The notes under the pieces: model-generated
Told to the model about the DNA's origin: nothing
Seen by the model: only the letters and a program-made list of their open reading frames with translations
The model's database searches: none
Program-made: the position numbers and the translations under genes
Source: a virus
Taxonomy: Duplodnaviria; Caudoviricetes
IMG/VR virus record: IMGVR_UViG_3300012940_001437
Coordinates: 1-34,887 of that record
Reading direction: 5' to 3' (one strand)
DNA length: 34,887 nucleotides
Shown here: piece by piece, positions 8,117 to 17,527 of the stretch
Position numbering within the stretch: the stretch's first letter is position 1
Layout: every line of letters starts with the position of its first letter

Positions 8117-10678
8117 TTAGTCAACTCCCTCGTCGTGCGCGACCTCGGTGAGCTCCAGGTCAACCGTGTAGGTCTGCACGCGCTGGTCTTTCTCGCGGAA
8201 CTTCGTAATCACGCAAAACATCTTGCGACCACGCTCATCCCGATAACACATGGTCGATCGCTGTTGTTTGAGCGTTCGGAGTGCCTGGATGTACGCGCGC
8301 GCGGTCGCCAGATCGTCGCTCACGAGCTTGAATGTTCCCGAGAACACCTGATAGTCGGCGGTTCCGAACATGCCGAATGGTTCCCCTTCGCCCCACGGCA
8401 TTTCAAGCACGAGATCGTCAAGGTGATCAGCCTCCCGCTCGGCGTCGAGATGCAAGCCCACGCGATAGTCGCCGCCTCGGAATGCGTGACAGATCACCAC
8501 ATGATCGAGCGTTACTACCAGCTGGGCCTCGCTCCGCTGCGAGGTTGTGACATCGAGGCCTTGAATCGTGCTTTGCCGAATGCTGTAGGTCACATCGACA
8601 CCGCTCGGCGGAAAATAGTCGATCCAGTCGGTGGTGCTCGGCGATGGGAGACGAGCCAGAATGATCTCATTGTCCGGGTCGTCACCGGTCTCGCGGCGCC
8701 CGATGATCCACTCGAGAAAATTCGGCTCGGTGCTCGCATCCCAGGTTAGGCGCGCCGAGCTCGCGTCAGTGTCGAAAATCAGGAGCTCGGGTGACGCGAT
8801 GAAGTTCGAGGGTGCCGGCGGCTCTATATAGTCGAGAGTGAATGTCGCCGGTTCGCTTTGCCCCGTGAGTCCGTTCGAGTCGGTGACTTTAATGACGCGA
8901 TAATAGGTCGTTCCATCGCGCAGCTTGCCTGACGGTTGCTGGTACTGAGAAGCGGTCGTGTCGGAGACCGTGCCGGAATCGTGCACAAGAAAGCCGTCGT
9001 CGCTCCGGTAAACCAGAACCTGATAGCTCACCTGTGTGGCGCCGCTAAAGGTCACCGTCCAGTCATAGAGCGGCGTTCCGGTCGTAACTGTCGCGCCGTC
9101 GGCCGGGCTTACGTGTGCGATTTGCGGCCCGTTGGCATAGACGAATGTCGCCTCCGCGCTCCGAGTTGCGCTCGCCTCGCTTGTCTGCTCTCCGCTCCAG
9201 ATCGTGCCGTCTCCGGCATAGGCTCGCCATCGGAACGATCCGAAGCTCGCGAGATCGCTCGCCGTCGTCTGATACTCCCAAGTGTCGGTTGTGCCACTCT
9301 TGAGTGTCATGACACGAGTGGAGATCAGCGAGCCGGCGTTGTTGAGAATCTCGCACTTGACCATGAGCCCGGTGGCCACGGTGTCATCAACATCACTGCA
9401 CTTGCAGACGAGCTTTGGCCGGCTGCTCGATGCCGCGGAGTTTGCGGGCGTGAGATTGCTCGGGATACTCGGTGCCGCGTCAGTGTGAACAGCGATGCCA
9501 TCCCAATCGCTCCACAGGTTGCCCGTATCCCGAGCGCGCATCTCGATCGTGTAGTCAGAACCCCAGGACAGGAAGTACGTCGATCCAAACGCGGTGTTCC
9601 ACGGAATTGAGATCGTCCCGTTGTTTGCAGTTGTATTCGCGAGGGTCCCGCTTTGCTTGATGACGGCTCCCGTCGAGTCCCGTATTCGGAGCTCGACCGT
9701 ATTCGTCGCGAGCGCGGAGTTGTGCACCCACGATGCGACGATGGGCCCCGGCTGCCGGTTCTCCTGCTTGCCGGTAGGGCTCGTCAGGTTGACGATGCCG
9801 CCGCCGTTGACCGTAAAGACGGTATATCCGGTCCACGCCGACCACTCACCGAACTCGTCGGCAACCTGACATCTCGTGCGGTATTGCACGCCTGCTGACA
9901 GCGCGTTTCCGTCGTACGGTCGTGAAAACTGACCGGCCGATTTCTCTGAGCTCGTCGCCGAGAGCTGGCCCGAATCCCACATCAGGGCGCCGTCGGAAAT
10001 CCGATACACCTGGATACGGAACTTGGTGAGTCGATCGCCGTATACCTCATCGGCATCGTTGAAATCGCCTTTGAAGGTGGGCGATGTCGTGTTGATGGTT
10101 CCAGCGGGGGAAACGACATCCGCGGTTGGCGCGCGGTTCGCCTGATACTCGACCCAAGCGGAGAGATGCCCCTCGACAGATGCCGACGTGTAGCCGAACG
10201 GGTCGCTTGGCGTTGCGGTGCCCGAGCGGTTGTAAAACTGCTCATTATCCGCGGTGATGCCGGACGCTTGGCGCATGCCGTGTCCGAGCGATCCTCCGTT
10301 GACTTGCGGACCGATGCCGTACCTCTTGCCGGCGATCATTTTGATTGCGAGCGTTGAGCCTCCGCCTGGGGATTTGTCGGAATCGACAAGGGCGAAAAGC
10401 GCTTGGTACGCCTGCCCCTGATCCCACGAGGTCATCGGCGCCGCCGGCGAGAAGGCGACGCCGTATCCCATTCGAGCGGCCGGGTTCATGCCGCTGTCGG
10501 CTTCCCACACACCGAGTTGCACGCTCGGCGATCCGCTCTCGATACCGCACCACAGTCCGACCCGGAATCCCCATCCGTTTTCGGGCATGGCGTTGAACAC
10601 GCTGGCTCGCTGCCCGGTGTCGCTAACCACGCCGAAGTCCGGATCATTGCTTGTAATGCGGCGACCGTAGTACGCCAT
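8117..10678 (-). CDS. Large minor tail protein with tandem FN3/Ig-like domains
   Basis: 853 aa immediately after tape measure; repeated SP...T..P...W / Y..RV.D..G.WS.W units. Confidence 0.7.
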   Translation of the reverse strand: MAYYGRRITSNDPDFGVVSDTGQRASVFNAMPENGWGFRVGLWCGIESGSPSVQLGVWEADSGMNPAARMGYGVAFSPAAPMTSWDQGQAYQALFALVDSDKSPGGGSTLAIKMIAGKRYGIGPQVNGGSLGHGMRQASGITADNEQFYNRSGTATPSDPFGYTSASVEGHLSAWVEYQANRAPTADVVSPAGTINTTSPTFKGDFNDADEVYGDRLTKFRIQVYRISDGALMWDSGQLSATSSEKSAGQFSRPYDGNALSAGVQYRTRCQVADEFGEWSAWTGYTVFTVNGGGIVNLTSPTGKQENRQPGPIVASWVHNSALATNTVELRIRDSTGAVIKQSGTLANTTANNGTISIPWNTAFGSTYFLSWGSDYTIEMRARDTGNLWSDWDGIAVHTDAAPSIPSNLTPANSAASSSRPKLVCKCSDVDDTVATGLMVKCEILNNAGSLISTRVMTLKSGTTDTWEYQTTASDLASFGSFRWRAYAGDGTIWSGEQTSEASATRSAEATFVYANGPQIAHVSPADGATVTTGTPLYDWTVTFSGATQVSYQVLVYRSDDGFLVHDSGTVSDTTASQYQQPSGKLRDGTTYYRVIKVTDSNGLTGQSEPATFTLDYIEPPAPSNFIASPELLIFDTDASSARLTWDASTEPNFLEWIIGRRETGDDPDNEIILARLPSPSTTDWIDYFPPSGVDVTYSIRQSTIQGLDVTTSQRSEAQLVVTLDHVVICHAFRGGDYRVGLHLDAEREADHLDDLVLEMPWGEGEPFGMFGTADYQVFSGTFKLVSDDLATARAYIQALRTLKQQRSTMCYRDERGRKMFCVITKFREKDQRVQTYTVDLELTEVAHDEGVD

Positions 10679-10697
10679 TGGTGATATCGCCTCACTT

Positions 10698-10717
10698 TAC
10701 TGGCTATATGGACAACT
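10698..10717. promoter_or_regulatory. 20-bp palindromic motif copy 4 (TACTGGCTATATGGACAACT)
   Basis: Intergenic, 19 nt upstream of ATG 10678; degenerate left arm. Confidence 0.7.
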
Positions 10718-10718
10718 T

Positions 10719-13175
10719 CTATCCGCTAAATGATCCGCCGAAGACAAGCTGTCGCTCCCTCGGCAACGACTGCACGAACTCCGCGGCCTCGGCGAGCTCT
10801 TGCAGCCCGTCGAGATCGACGGTTACATTGAAGGTCTGGTTTATGACCGTTCCGCGACCGCCACCGCTGGATGGAGAAGGAGCCGCGATGCTGGTGGGTG
10901 CCCGTTGAATCGGTTGGACCGCGGCCATCGCCAAGGACTCGGAGGCATCGAATGTCTTGGGTGCGCTCAACTCCATGCCCTTGATCAGGCCGGCACCCAA
11001 CATCTCGCCGTAGTAGGTGGTGAGTCGCGACGGCGAAAAGACTTCCAACGCCTTCCCGAGCACGCCGCCGACCGCATCAGCGAGCGATTTCGCGTAGTTG
11101 ACAACGGAATCCCAGATACCCGTAATGCCGTCAATGAGCCCCTGACCGACGTTCCAACCGACGCTCCATGCGGCATTCCACACGCTGCTCGCCAGTCCCG
11201 TGAGCGTGTTGACGACATCGCTTGCGAGGTTCGTCATGGTTGTGGAAACCGTGCTCTTAGCCGCGTCGAATTGGCCGGTGATCGCCGTTTTGATGCCGAC
11301 GACGAGCGCCGTAGCGGTGCCAAGAAGCGAATTCAGCGCGTTGATAGCGCCAGACTTCAGGTTGTTGAAGGCGTTTACTGCGTCGTCCTTCAGTCCGTTG
11401 AAGGCCGCAACGGCGACGGTACGAGTGGCAGCCGTAAGCGTCGTAACAAGGCCCAGGAGCGTGTTGAATATGCCGATGGCAGTTTCCTTGAGTCCGGAAA
11501 CTGCTTCGATTGCGGCCTCTTTGGCACCATCGAAATCGCCCTCGATAACCGCCTTGATCGCCGAAGTTACGCCGGAGACAAAGGTTTCGAGGCCGCTAAA
11601 GACTTGGCGGATGCCCTCGATCGTCGTGGAGATGCCGCTGGCCGCGGTGCTGATCGTTGTGGAGATCAGCGACCACCCAATGCTGAATGCACTCTGAAGT
11701 ACAGAGAGTCCGGTTTGGAGAACGCTGCTTACGGAGCTCCAATTTGTTTGGAGAGTGCTCCAGACGGTACCGATTGCCGAACCCGCGGTCTGAATCGCCG
11801 ATTGCAGCGTGGGCCAGGCAGATTTCAGCAGATTGATTCCGGCGTTTACACCATCACGGAATCCCAGGAAGTTCGTCTGATACGCGATGTAGAGGCCGGC
11901 AATCGCGGCAACCACAAGACCAATCGGCGAGAGCAGGAGTCCGAATCCAGCCACGATCGGTCCGATTACGACACCAACCATGCCGAGCGCCCCAGCGAGC
12001 ACGAGCAAGCCGGCGGCGAGTGCCGCACCCTTCGCGATGTTGCCCTGCATCGCGGGATCAAGGTTCGTAAACCACTGGATCGCGCCTTGGAGGTGCGTAG
12101 CCAGATCCATGATGTACGGCGAGAGTTGCGAGCCGATCATGATCGCCGCGGTTTCCAGTGTCCCTTTGAGGGTTTCCAGGGCACCACCGAGGTTGTCCAT
12201 GCGCGCCGCTGCCTGATCGGCGGCCGACGCCTGGTTGTGCATCTCGGTTCGGAGCCCGGCGACACCTTCGGCGCCCGCACCGTAGAGAATCGACGCGGCG
12301 CGGATTGCATCACTTCCAAAGAGAGTCGCAAGCGTGGCATTTCGCTGCTCTTCGGTCATACCGCTGAGGGCGGTTTGGAGTACGTCTGCCGACGCCTCAA
12401 GCCCAATAAAATTGCCTTGGGCGTCAAAGAAGCTGATCCCGAGCTGATCCATGAGCGTGGCTTGCTCAGAGGTCGGGTTCGCCATGCTCATGAGCATGGT
12501 TTTGAAGCTCGTACCGGCATCTGAGCCGTTGAGCCCGTTCTGAGAGAAGAGCGCCAGCGCCACGTTGAGGTCTTCGAGCGAGAGGCCCATCATTTGAGCC
12601 GGGAGCGCCGCCGCGGAGAAGCCGAGAGAGAGGCTTTCGATGCTCGCAGCCGACACATTGGCAGCGGCATTGAAGGAATTTGCAACGTCGGTGGCGGAGC
12701 CTGCCTCATCGCCAAAGACGTTCATTGCCGAGGTCATGAGCTCGGCGGCTGTGGTGACATCGGTGCCGGCCGCGGCCGCGAGATCGAGCGCCGCCTTAGC
12801 GCCGTCATTGAGCACGGTCGAAATTGGCATACCCGCTTTGAGCAAGGTATCCATCGCCGATGCCGCCTCGGTGGCGCTGAACGACGTTTGAGAGCCGAGT
12901 TGGAGTGCTTTAGCGCGGACTTTATCGAGTTCGGCGCCGGTCAGTCCTGAAACAGCACCGATAGAGCTAATTTGACTCTCGAACTTTGCGCTTATACCAA
13001 TCGCGGCACCGAGCCCGCCGGCGATTGCGGCTCCAGCACCAATGAACGCCATGCTTGCCACTTTGGCGTTCTCGCCGGATTTGTTTACTTTCCCGTCGAG
13101 GTTATCGAGCTTGCTTTCCGCTTCGCTCGTATCGGCACCGGCGACGATTTCGAGCTCGGCTACGGTCTTCGCCAA
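10719..13175 (-). CDS. Tail tape measure protein (TP901-family core)
   Basis: FESQIS...KALQLG..TSFSATEAA...GSDAGTSFK...FFDAQGNF...TLFGSDA core; start reassigned to TTG 13175 after AGGTGA. Confidence 0.93.
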   Translation of the reverse strand: MAKTVAELEIVAGADTSEAESKLDNLDGKVNKSGENAKVASMAFIGAGAAIAGGLGAAIGISAKFESQISSIGAVSGLTGAELDKVRAKALQLGSQTSFSATEAASAMDTLLKAGMPISTVLNDGAKAALDLAAAAGTDVTTAAELMTSAMNVFGDEAGSATDVANSFNAAANVSAASIESLSLGFSAAALPAQMMGLSLEDLNVALALFSQNGLNGSDAGTSFKTMLMSMANPTSEQATLMDQLGISFFDAQGNFIGLEASADVLQTALSGMTEEQRNATLATLFGSDAIRAASILYGAGAEGVAGLRTEMHNQASAADQAAARMDNLGGALETLKGTLETAAIMIGSQLSPYIMDLATHLQGAIQWFTNLDPAMQGNIAKGAALAAGLLVLAGALGMVGVVIGPIVAGFGLLLSPIGLVVAAIAGLYIAYQTNFLGFRDGVNAGINLLKSAWPTLQSAIQTAGSAIGTVWSTLQTNWSSVSSVLQTGLSVLQSAFSIGWSLISTTISTAASGISTTIEGIRQVFSGLETFVSGVTSAIKAVIEGDFDGAKEAAIEAVSGLKETAIGIFNTLLGLVTTLTAATRTVAVAAFNGLKDDAVNAFNNLKSGAINALNSLLGTATALVVGIKTAITGQFDAAKSTVSTTMTNLASDVVNTLTGLASSVWNAAWSVGWNVGQGLIDGITGIWDSVVNYAKSLADAVGGVLGKALEVFSPSRLTTYYGEMLGAGLIKGMELSAPKTFDASESLAMAAVQPIQRAPTSIAAPSPSSGGGRGTVINQTFNVTVDLDGLQELAEAAEFVQSLPRERQLVFGGSFSG

Positions 13176-13214
13176 CGAACATGTCACCTGACCCTTGGTG
13201 TAATAGCCGCGCCG

Positions 13215-13234
13215 GGTTGTCCATGTGGACAATT
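13215..13234. promoter_or_regulatory. 20-bp palindromic motif copy 5 (GGTTGTCCATGTGGACAATT)
   Basis: Intergenic before tape measure; nested in a 9-bp GC inverted repeat (13207-13245). Confidence 0.9.
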
Positions 13235-13247
13235 CACCGGCGCGGTG

Positions 13248-13502
13248 CTAGATGCCTCGTTTCTTTCGTCCGCGGGATCGAGCGGATTTACGCTCCGCTT
13301 TCTTGTTGAGGTGCTCGCGAGCGTCGTTCTCGGCTTTCATCGCGATCAACACTGCGTTGAGCCAGAAGCTCGGAGCTGCCGCCCATTCCCACGGTTTGAC
13401 GGCGCCCTCCATGTACTTCGATGCCTGTATGTGGTCCCACCACCACTCGGGCTTATCCGAAGCACCGTTAGTGATTAGCGACCGGAAGAGCGCGCTCGCC
13501 GT
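13248..13502 (-). CDS. -1 frameshift extension of the tail assembly chaperone (gpT equivalent)
   Basis: Open -1 frame after slippery C CCA AAA (13502-13508): TASALFRSLITNGASDKPEWWWDH...RKKRGI*; not in the ORF track. Confidence 0.8.
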   Translation of the reverse strand, partial: TASALFRSLITNGASDKPEWWWDHIQASKYMEGAVKPWEWAAAPSFWLNAVLIAMKAENDAREHLNKKAERKSARSRGRKKRGI

Positions 13503-13849
13503 TTTGGGTCCGGATTCGCGTCCTCGGCGATCGAGTTCCAGATATGCGCCATGTAGGGACCCGGGAAGTAGGCGAGGTACTCGGGTTCAATCGGCACCTT
13601 CTCGCCTTCGGGCACGAAGTACTCACCCTCGCCGAACGGCCCCTCCAGCTCCCAATCGCACATGACGCCGGCAACCATGCGGGCAAATGAGAGTTCGTCG
13701 CCGCTCTCAATCGCCTCGTTGATCCTCCGCAACGTAGCCGGCGTCATCTTGTCAACTTCGTACGTGATTTCGAGCCGCTTCCCGTTCGCGAACTTGACAT
13801 CGAACGTACGTTTGCCCTCGACAAGATCGGCAAAGCTCATGCCTGCCAT
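13475..13849 (-). CDS. Tail assembly chaperone (gpG equivalent)
   Basis: Between major tail and tape measure; likely start ATG 13849 after GGAGG; slippery heptamer near the 3' end. Confidence 0.8.
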   Translation of the reverse strand: MAGMSFADLVEGKRTFDVKFANGKRLEITYEVDKMTPATLRRINEAIESGDELSFARMVAGVMCDWELEGPFGEGEYFVPEGEKVPIEPEYLAYFPGPYMAHIWNSIAEDANPDPKRRARSSGR

Positions 13850-13933
13850 TGCTCGAATGCCTCCCACGCGCGCCACGTGACTCTGAGACGCGCGATTTAC
13901 TGCCAAACGACTCCTAGGTCACGTGAACCTAGA

Positions 13934-13953
13934 AAATGTCCACATGGACAATT
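13934..13953. promoter_or_regulatory. 20-bp palindromic motif copy 6 (AAATGTCCACATGGACAATT)
   Basis: Abuts the stop codon of the major tail gene (13954). Confidence 0.9.
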
Positions 13954-14961
13954 CTAAAGCGCGGAGATGTCAGTCTGAACTTTGATGCTCATGAACTTGC
14001 CCCAGGTCTTGTCGTACGCCAGACCGTAGGTAATCGGAAGCACGTAGAGCCCATCCTCAGACTGGAATGAGTCGATATCCGTAATCACTGAGCACATGTC
14101 GAACGAGAGCTTGAACGGAAGCGTGTCCTCGATGATGTCGCCGGTGGCCTGCATCCGGAAGAACTTCTTTTTCGAGTTGCGCGCGGTGTCGGTGAGCATC
14201 GCATTCGCCACGGCATCGGCGCCAAGGGTCATCTCCCATTCGTAGCTCTGATCCTCAGCTTCGAAGAGGCTCGTAAAGCTCGGCTCAGAGCTCTTGAGCG
14301 CCCACTCCGGTGCGTAGAGATCAGAAAGGCTCAGTGTGGCCGCGTAGATCGCATCAAGCTGAGTAGGGGAGGACTCAAGCGCTGCGCCGGTATCGGCCAT
14401 GAAGAGGTCCCAATGATCGCCGTCTACCGGCTCCACATCGACTTCGGTCGGACTCGCGGTCAACGTGGTGCCAAGCTGCATTTCCTGACCGATCATTTCT
14501 CCGGAAATGGTATTGTCCCCCGCGCGACTGATCTCGATTTCGGCGCTGTTGAACGCTCCGTAGGAGAACTTGTTGCCATTGCCGGCGCCCGACTCGCCCC
14601 ATTCGACAGTAGAGGTCACTGGCTGAATCTTGCTCTTGCCGTCCAGGTTCCAAGTCCAGAGGTAGACGCTGGGAGAATTCGCCGCGTCCGGTTGAGTCGG
14701 AGTCACGGCGCCGAACATCGAGCTCAGCACATACACAATGTTTCGGTAGTCGATGAGGCCGTCGTAATCCGCGCCGGCATGCTCGCTCACGAGTTGCGTA
14801 ACCGTAGGCACCTTGTAACCGGACGGCGTGTGCTGCGCGGTCTCGATCATCGGCTGGGGCTCAAGGCTGTAGGCCATGAGTTTCCGGTTCGCCGGCACGG
14901 CGAGACCACGGGTGCTCTCGATCCCGAGTTGCCAGCCTTGATTGACTGCGGCTTTAACCAT
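13954..14961 (-). CDS. Major tail (tube) protein
   Basis: LGIESTRG.AVPA N-terminal motif, acidic and beta-rich; start reassigned to ATG 14961 after GGAGGTG. Confidence 0.8.
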   Translation of the reverse strand: MVKAAVNQGWQLGIESTRGLAVPANRKLMAYSLEPQPMIETAQHTPSGYKVPTVTQLVSEHAGADYDGLIDYRNIVYVLSSMFGAVTPTQPDAANSPSVYLWTWNLDGKSKIQPVTSTVEWGESGAGNGNKFSYGAFNSAEIEISRAGDNTISGEMIGQEMQLGTTLTASPTEVDVEPVDGDHWDLFMADTGAALESSPTQLDAIYAATLSLSDLYAPEWALKSSEPSFTSLFEAEDQSYEWEMTLGADAVANAMLTDTARNSKKKFFRMQATGDIIEDTLPFKLSFDMCSVITDIDSFQSEDGLYVLPITYGLAYDKTWGKFMSIKVQTDISAL

Positions 14962-14979
14962 TTGCGTGAACACCTCCAA

Positions 14980-14999
14980 TATTGTCCATATGGACAAAT
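14980..14999. promoter_or_regulatory. 20-bp palindromic motif copy 7 (TATTGTCCATATGGACAAAT)
   Basis: Intergenic, 18 nt upstream of ATG 14961. Confidence 0.9.
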
Positions 15000-15018
15000 T
15001 CGGCGCATGAAAGAGCGC

Positions 15019-15459
15019 CTAATCCACCTTCACCATGACTTCGTAGAGATTGCCGTTGCGCTGATAGTGCTTGCCGCGCTCGACCATTCCACCAGACGCC
15101 GCCACCGGCCCGGTGTTCTTGCACGCGACGATTTGCCCGCCCGGCACAGTGACCGGCCCCGTCAGTTCGAGTGCGTTCGCGGCTGCGACGGCGAGAGCGT
15201 CAACGCGCTCCGCGGTGAGACCTTGATCCCAGGCGCTCACGTCGTAATTGAGCCGGACTACACCGGTCTTACCGCGGCCTAGCGGGCGCACGATCCGGCC
15301 GACAATGATGTTGACCGTGATGAACGGCTCTATGGCTTGTTCCGGTGCCGGATGTCGATAAACTCCGGTTCCGCCGGCTCCGGATATCTCGTCTGGCAGG
15401 ACAGTTGCCATCCACTGCTCGGCAATCGCCCTCGCCTTCGCTTCGTTACGGGTGCTCAT
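15019..15459 (-). CDS. Tail terminator / tail completion protein
   Basis: 146 aa, VY..PAPE.A..PFI motif, immediately before the major tail gene. Confidence 0.7.
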   Translation of the reverse strand: MSTRNEAKARAIAEQWMATVLPDEISGAGGTGVYRHPAPEQAIEPFITVNIIVGRIVRPLGRGKTGVVRLNYDVSAWDQGLTAERVDALAVAAANALELTGPVTVPGGQIVACKNTGPVAASGGMVERGKHYQRNGNLYEVMVKVD

Positions 15460-15785
15460 TCGCCCAATCTCCCGGCGAGATCAGCAACCGCGGCCTCGGC
15501 ACCCGGCAGCGCATGCTCTACGGCATTCGAGGCGAACGGCTGCGCTTCCATGAATCGGGTTCCGAAGTTGACGTACGCGGCGTAGTCGGCACCCCATGCA
15601 ATCCGGTTTTTCTCCCGAACCTTGCTGTTCTTGAGATAACCGGTATCGACCGGGGTGTTGATGGTGGCGTCTGCGTCCACATCGGTGAGGAACTTATCCA
15701 CGATCGTCTCAGCCGCCTCGGGGAGCTCGCGTGCGATATCGCCGAGCCTGTTGAACTTGACTCGTATCGTGACTCCGGCGCTCAC
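15456..15785 (-). CDS. HK97 gp10-like neck protein
   Basis: TPVDTGYLKNS, YAAYVNFGTRFMEAQPF motifs. Confidence 0.88.
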   Translation of the reverse strand: MSAGVTIRVKFNRLGDIARELPEAAETIVDKFLTDVDADATINTPVDTGYLKNSKVREKNRIAWGADYAAYVNFGTRFMEAQPFASNAVEHALPGAEAAVADLAGRLGE

Positions 15786-16144
15786 GGCCGCACCTCCATG
15801 CAGACCACCGTTAGGAGCGTGCTTAGACTGCGATCAAGGGCGCGGCTAACGAGCAGGCGATGCTCTCTCCAGATCAAGATGTCGCTGTCGCGCACATCTG
15901 TTTCGATCGGCAGGCGCACTGCATGCGAACCCTCGGAACGTATCTGGCCAGCAATCTCAAGCTCGCGATCACTCCGCCCCTCGCCGAGTTCCAACACGCG
16001 GCAAGGCACATTCGAGGCAACGATTGTTAGCGTCTCGATCTGCCCGAGCGATCCATCCGGCGTGAGCGTCACGCGCTCGATGTCGAGGCGATCGGGCAGC
16101 TTCGCTGCGGCGCGTTGTTGGTAGTGCGCCAGTCGCGTCGTCAC
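15782..16144 (-). CDS. Head closure / head-tail adaptor
   Basis: 120 aa, DGSLG...VPCRV...TDVRDSD; position in the neck cluster. Confidence 0.75.
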   Translation of the reverse strand: MTTRLAHYQQRAAAKLPDRLDIERVTLTPDGSLGQIETLTIVASNVPCRVLELGEGRSDRELEIAGQIRSEGSHAVRLPIETDVRDSDILIWREHRLLVSRALDRSLSTLLTVVCMEVRP

Positions 16145-16455
16145 GCCCCTCGGACCTCCATGCTGATAAGCACGCCAGCCGCGTATTGCGCGATCATCCG
16201 CTCACAGTGGGCGATCAACTGCTCGTCGTGATAGGACGAGCCATCCGCCGTCGATTGCGTCAAGTTCGAGACCATGCCAGCCTTCCACCGCCACCCCTCT
16301 GCGGCCGCGGCATTGAGGTCATAGGTCTCGGTGCCATCCGGTGCGGTTCGCTTGCCGAAATCGAGTAGAGCGCCAATCGCTTCGTCATCGAGTGTCGGCT
16401 CGATGGTTGCGGCGACCATCCGCCGTAACAAGGTTTCGGCTGTCTGTCTCGTCAT
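16141..16455 (-). CDS. Head-tail connector protein
   Basis: YDLNAAAAEGWRWKAG motif; start reassigned to ATG 16455 after AGGAG; follows the capsid gene. Confidence 0.7.
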   Translation of the reverse strand: MTRQTAETLLRRMVAATIEPTLDDEAIGALLDFGKRTAPDGTETYDLNAAAAEGWRWKAGMVSNLTQSTADGSSYHDEQLIAHCERMIAQYAAGVLISMEVRGA

Positions 16456-16474
16456 CGCCGTTACTCCTGCGCGA

Positions 16475-16503
16475 AGGGGCCCCGCTTGGCTAACGGAGCC
16501 CCT
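16475..16503 (-). terminator. Strong stem-loop after the major capsid gene (attenuator/stabiliser)
   Basis: AGGGGCUCCGU / GCGGGGCCCCU 11-bp stem with two G-U pairs; weak U tail. Confidence 0.6.
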
Positions 16504-16505
16504 GA

Positions 16506-16525
16506 AGTTGTCCATATGGACAATT
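16506..16525. promoter_or_regulatory. 20-bp palindromic motif copy 8 (AGTTGTCCATATGGACAATT)
   Basis: Overlaps the capsid TAA stop. Confidence 0.9.
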
Positions 16526-17477
16526 AGCTCGCAAGCACACCCTTGAGACGGGCAGCAGCACGGCCACCATGAACGGCAAGGCCAACGTAGAACTCGATGC
16601 GGGTTCGGAACGCCGGCTTGTCGTCAACCTCCCCGAGGTCGTAGACCTGGACGCCGCCGTTCGTCAGACCAGTCACCCCCCTCTCTTCCGGCGTACGTCC
16701 GAAGCGGACCGCGTAAATGCTTCCGGTGACGCTGCTCGATCCCTGCGTTTCGGTTTGCGGGATGATCGCCGAGCCGTTGCCCTTGTTGCCGACATCGACC
16801 ACCGGGATGCCCTGATAGGTCGTGACCGGCTTACCGAAGGCATCCTTGGTCTCGTCATAGATCGTGAGCCGACGAGCGGCGCTCTTGAAAGCACCGAGAA
16901 TCGCCGCATTCGTAAGCAGAATGTCCGGACCGCCAGGAACGGCCGCAATAAGCTGGTCGAGTTTGTCCAGGAAAGCGTGGCGATCGGCATCGCTCGTGCC
17001 GATGATCGGCAGACCATTGGTAGCGGCCGAAATCTCCTGAGTGCTCGATCCGGTCAGGCGCTTCTTGAGCCCGTTGAACGCCTTAGCGTTCGAAGAGGTG
17101 TCGCCGTTGATAAAGGCGTCCTGAAACTGCATCCGGACCGCCTTCGACTTGAGGCGAGTCTGCTCGGCGCGCTGATTCGCTACCTCGCCGGGGTTGGTCT
17201 GCACGATGAAGCGGTCAACGTCCGCATCGCCACCGAGGATCGCCAGCGTTTCGGTGATCTTCTCATCCTCGCCCGTGCTTTCGGTGTACCCCTCGTTGAC
17301 GCCGCGGAAATCGGCGCCCGGCAGGGTCTTTTCCTGAACATAGGCGTACGCATTGCCCGTCACCGTGTGAAAGGGCAGGAGCTGGAGTAGGGGAGCGCCC
17401 TCAATGATCGTCTCGATCACACCGCGCTGGAGATCGTCGGTGGAGAGCGTCGCCGCCTGAACGAGAGTCAGAGCCAT
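16524..17477 (-). CDS. Major capsid protein
   Basis: 317 aa, MALTL.QAA...GVIE...LPF..V.GNAY.Y..E.TLPG..FR.VNE.Y..S...ILGGDADVD pattern; strong RBS AGGAGG. Confidence 0.9.
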   Translation of the reverse strand: MALTLVQAATLSTDDLQRGVIETIIEGAPLLQLLPFHTVTGNAYAYVQEKTLPGADFRGVNEGYTESTGEDEKITETLAILGGDADVDRFIVQTNPGEVANQRAEQTRLKSKAVRMQFQDAFINGDTSSNAKAFNGLKKRLTGSSTQEISAATNGLPIIGTSDADRHAFLDKLDQLIAAVPGGPDILLTNAAILGAFKSAARRLTIYDETKDAFGKPVTTYQGIPVVDVGNKGNGSAIIPQTETQGSSSVTGSIYAVRFGRTPEERGVTGLTNGGVQVYDLGEVDDKPAFRTRIEFYVGLAVHGGRAAARLKGVLAS

Positions 17478-17496
17478 ATGCTGTTACAACCTCCTA

Positions 17497-17516
17497 ATTT
17501 GTCCATGTGGACAATT
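17497..17516. promoter_or_regulatory. 20-bp palindromic motif copy 9 (ATTTGTCCATGTGGACAATT)
   Basis: Intergenic, 19 nt upstream of the capsid ATG. Confidence 0.9.
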
Positions 17517-17527
17517 TCAAGGCGCAA

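Noticed and set aside
10800-12524. 574-aa plus-strand ORF
   Set aside because: Antisense shadow of the tape-measure gene; no recognisable motifs.
13914-13932. parS-like site (GGTTCACGTGACC)
   Set aside because: Only the central core matches TGTTTCACGTGAAACA; single copy and no parB in the window; better read as a small hairpin.
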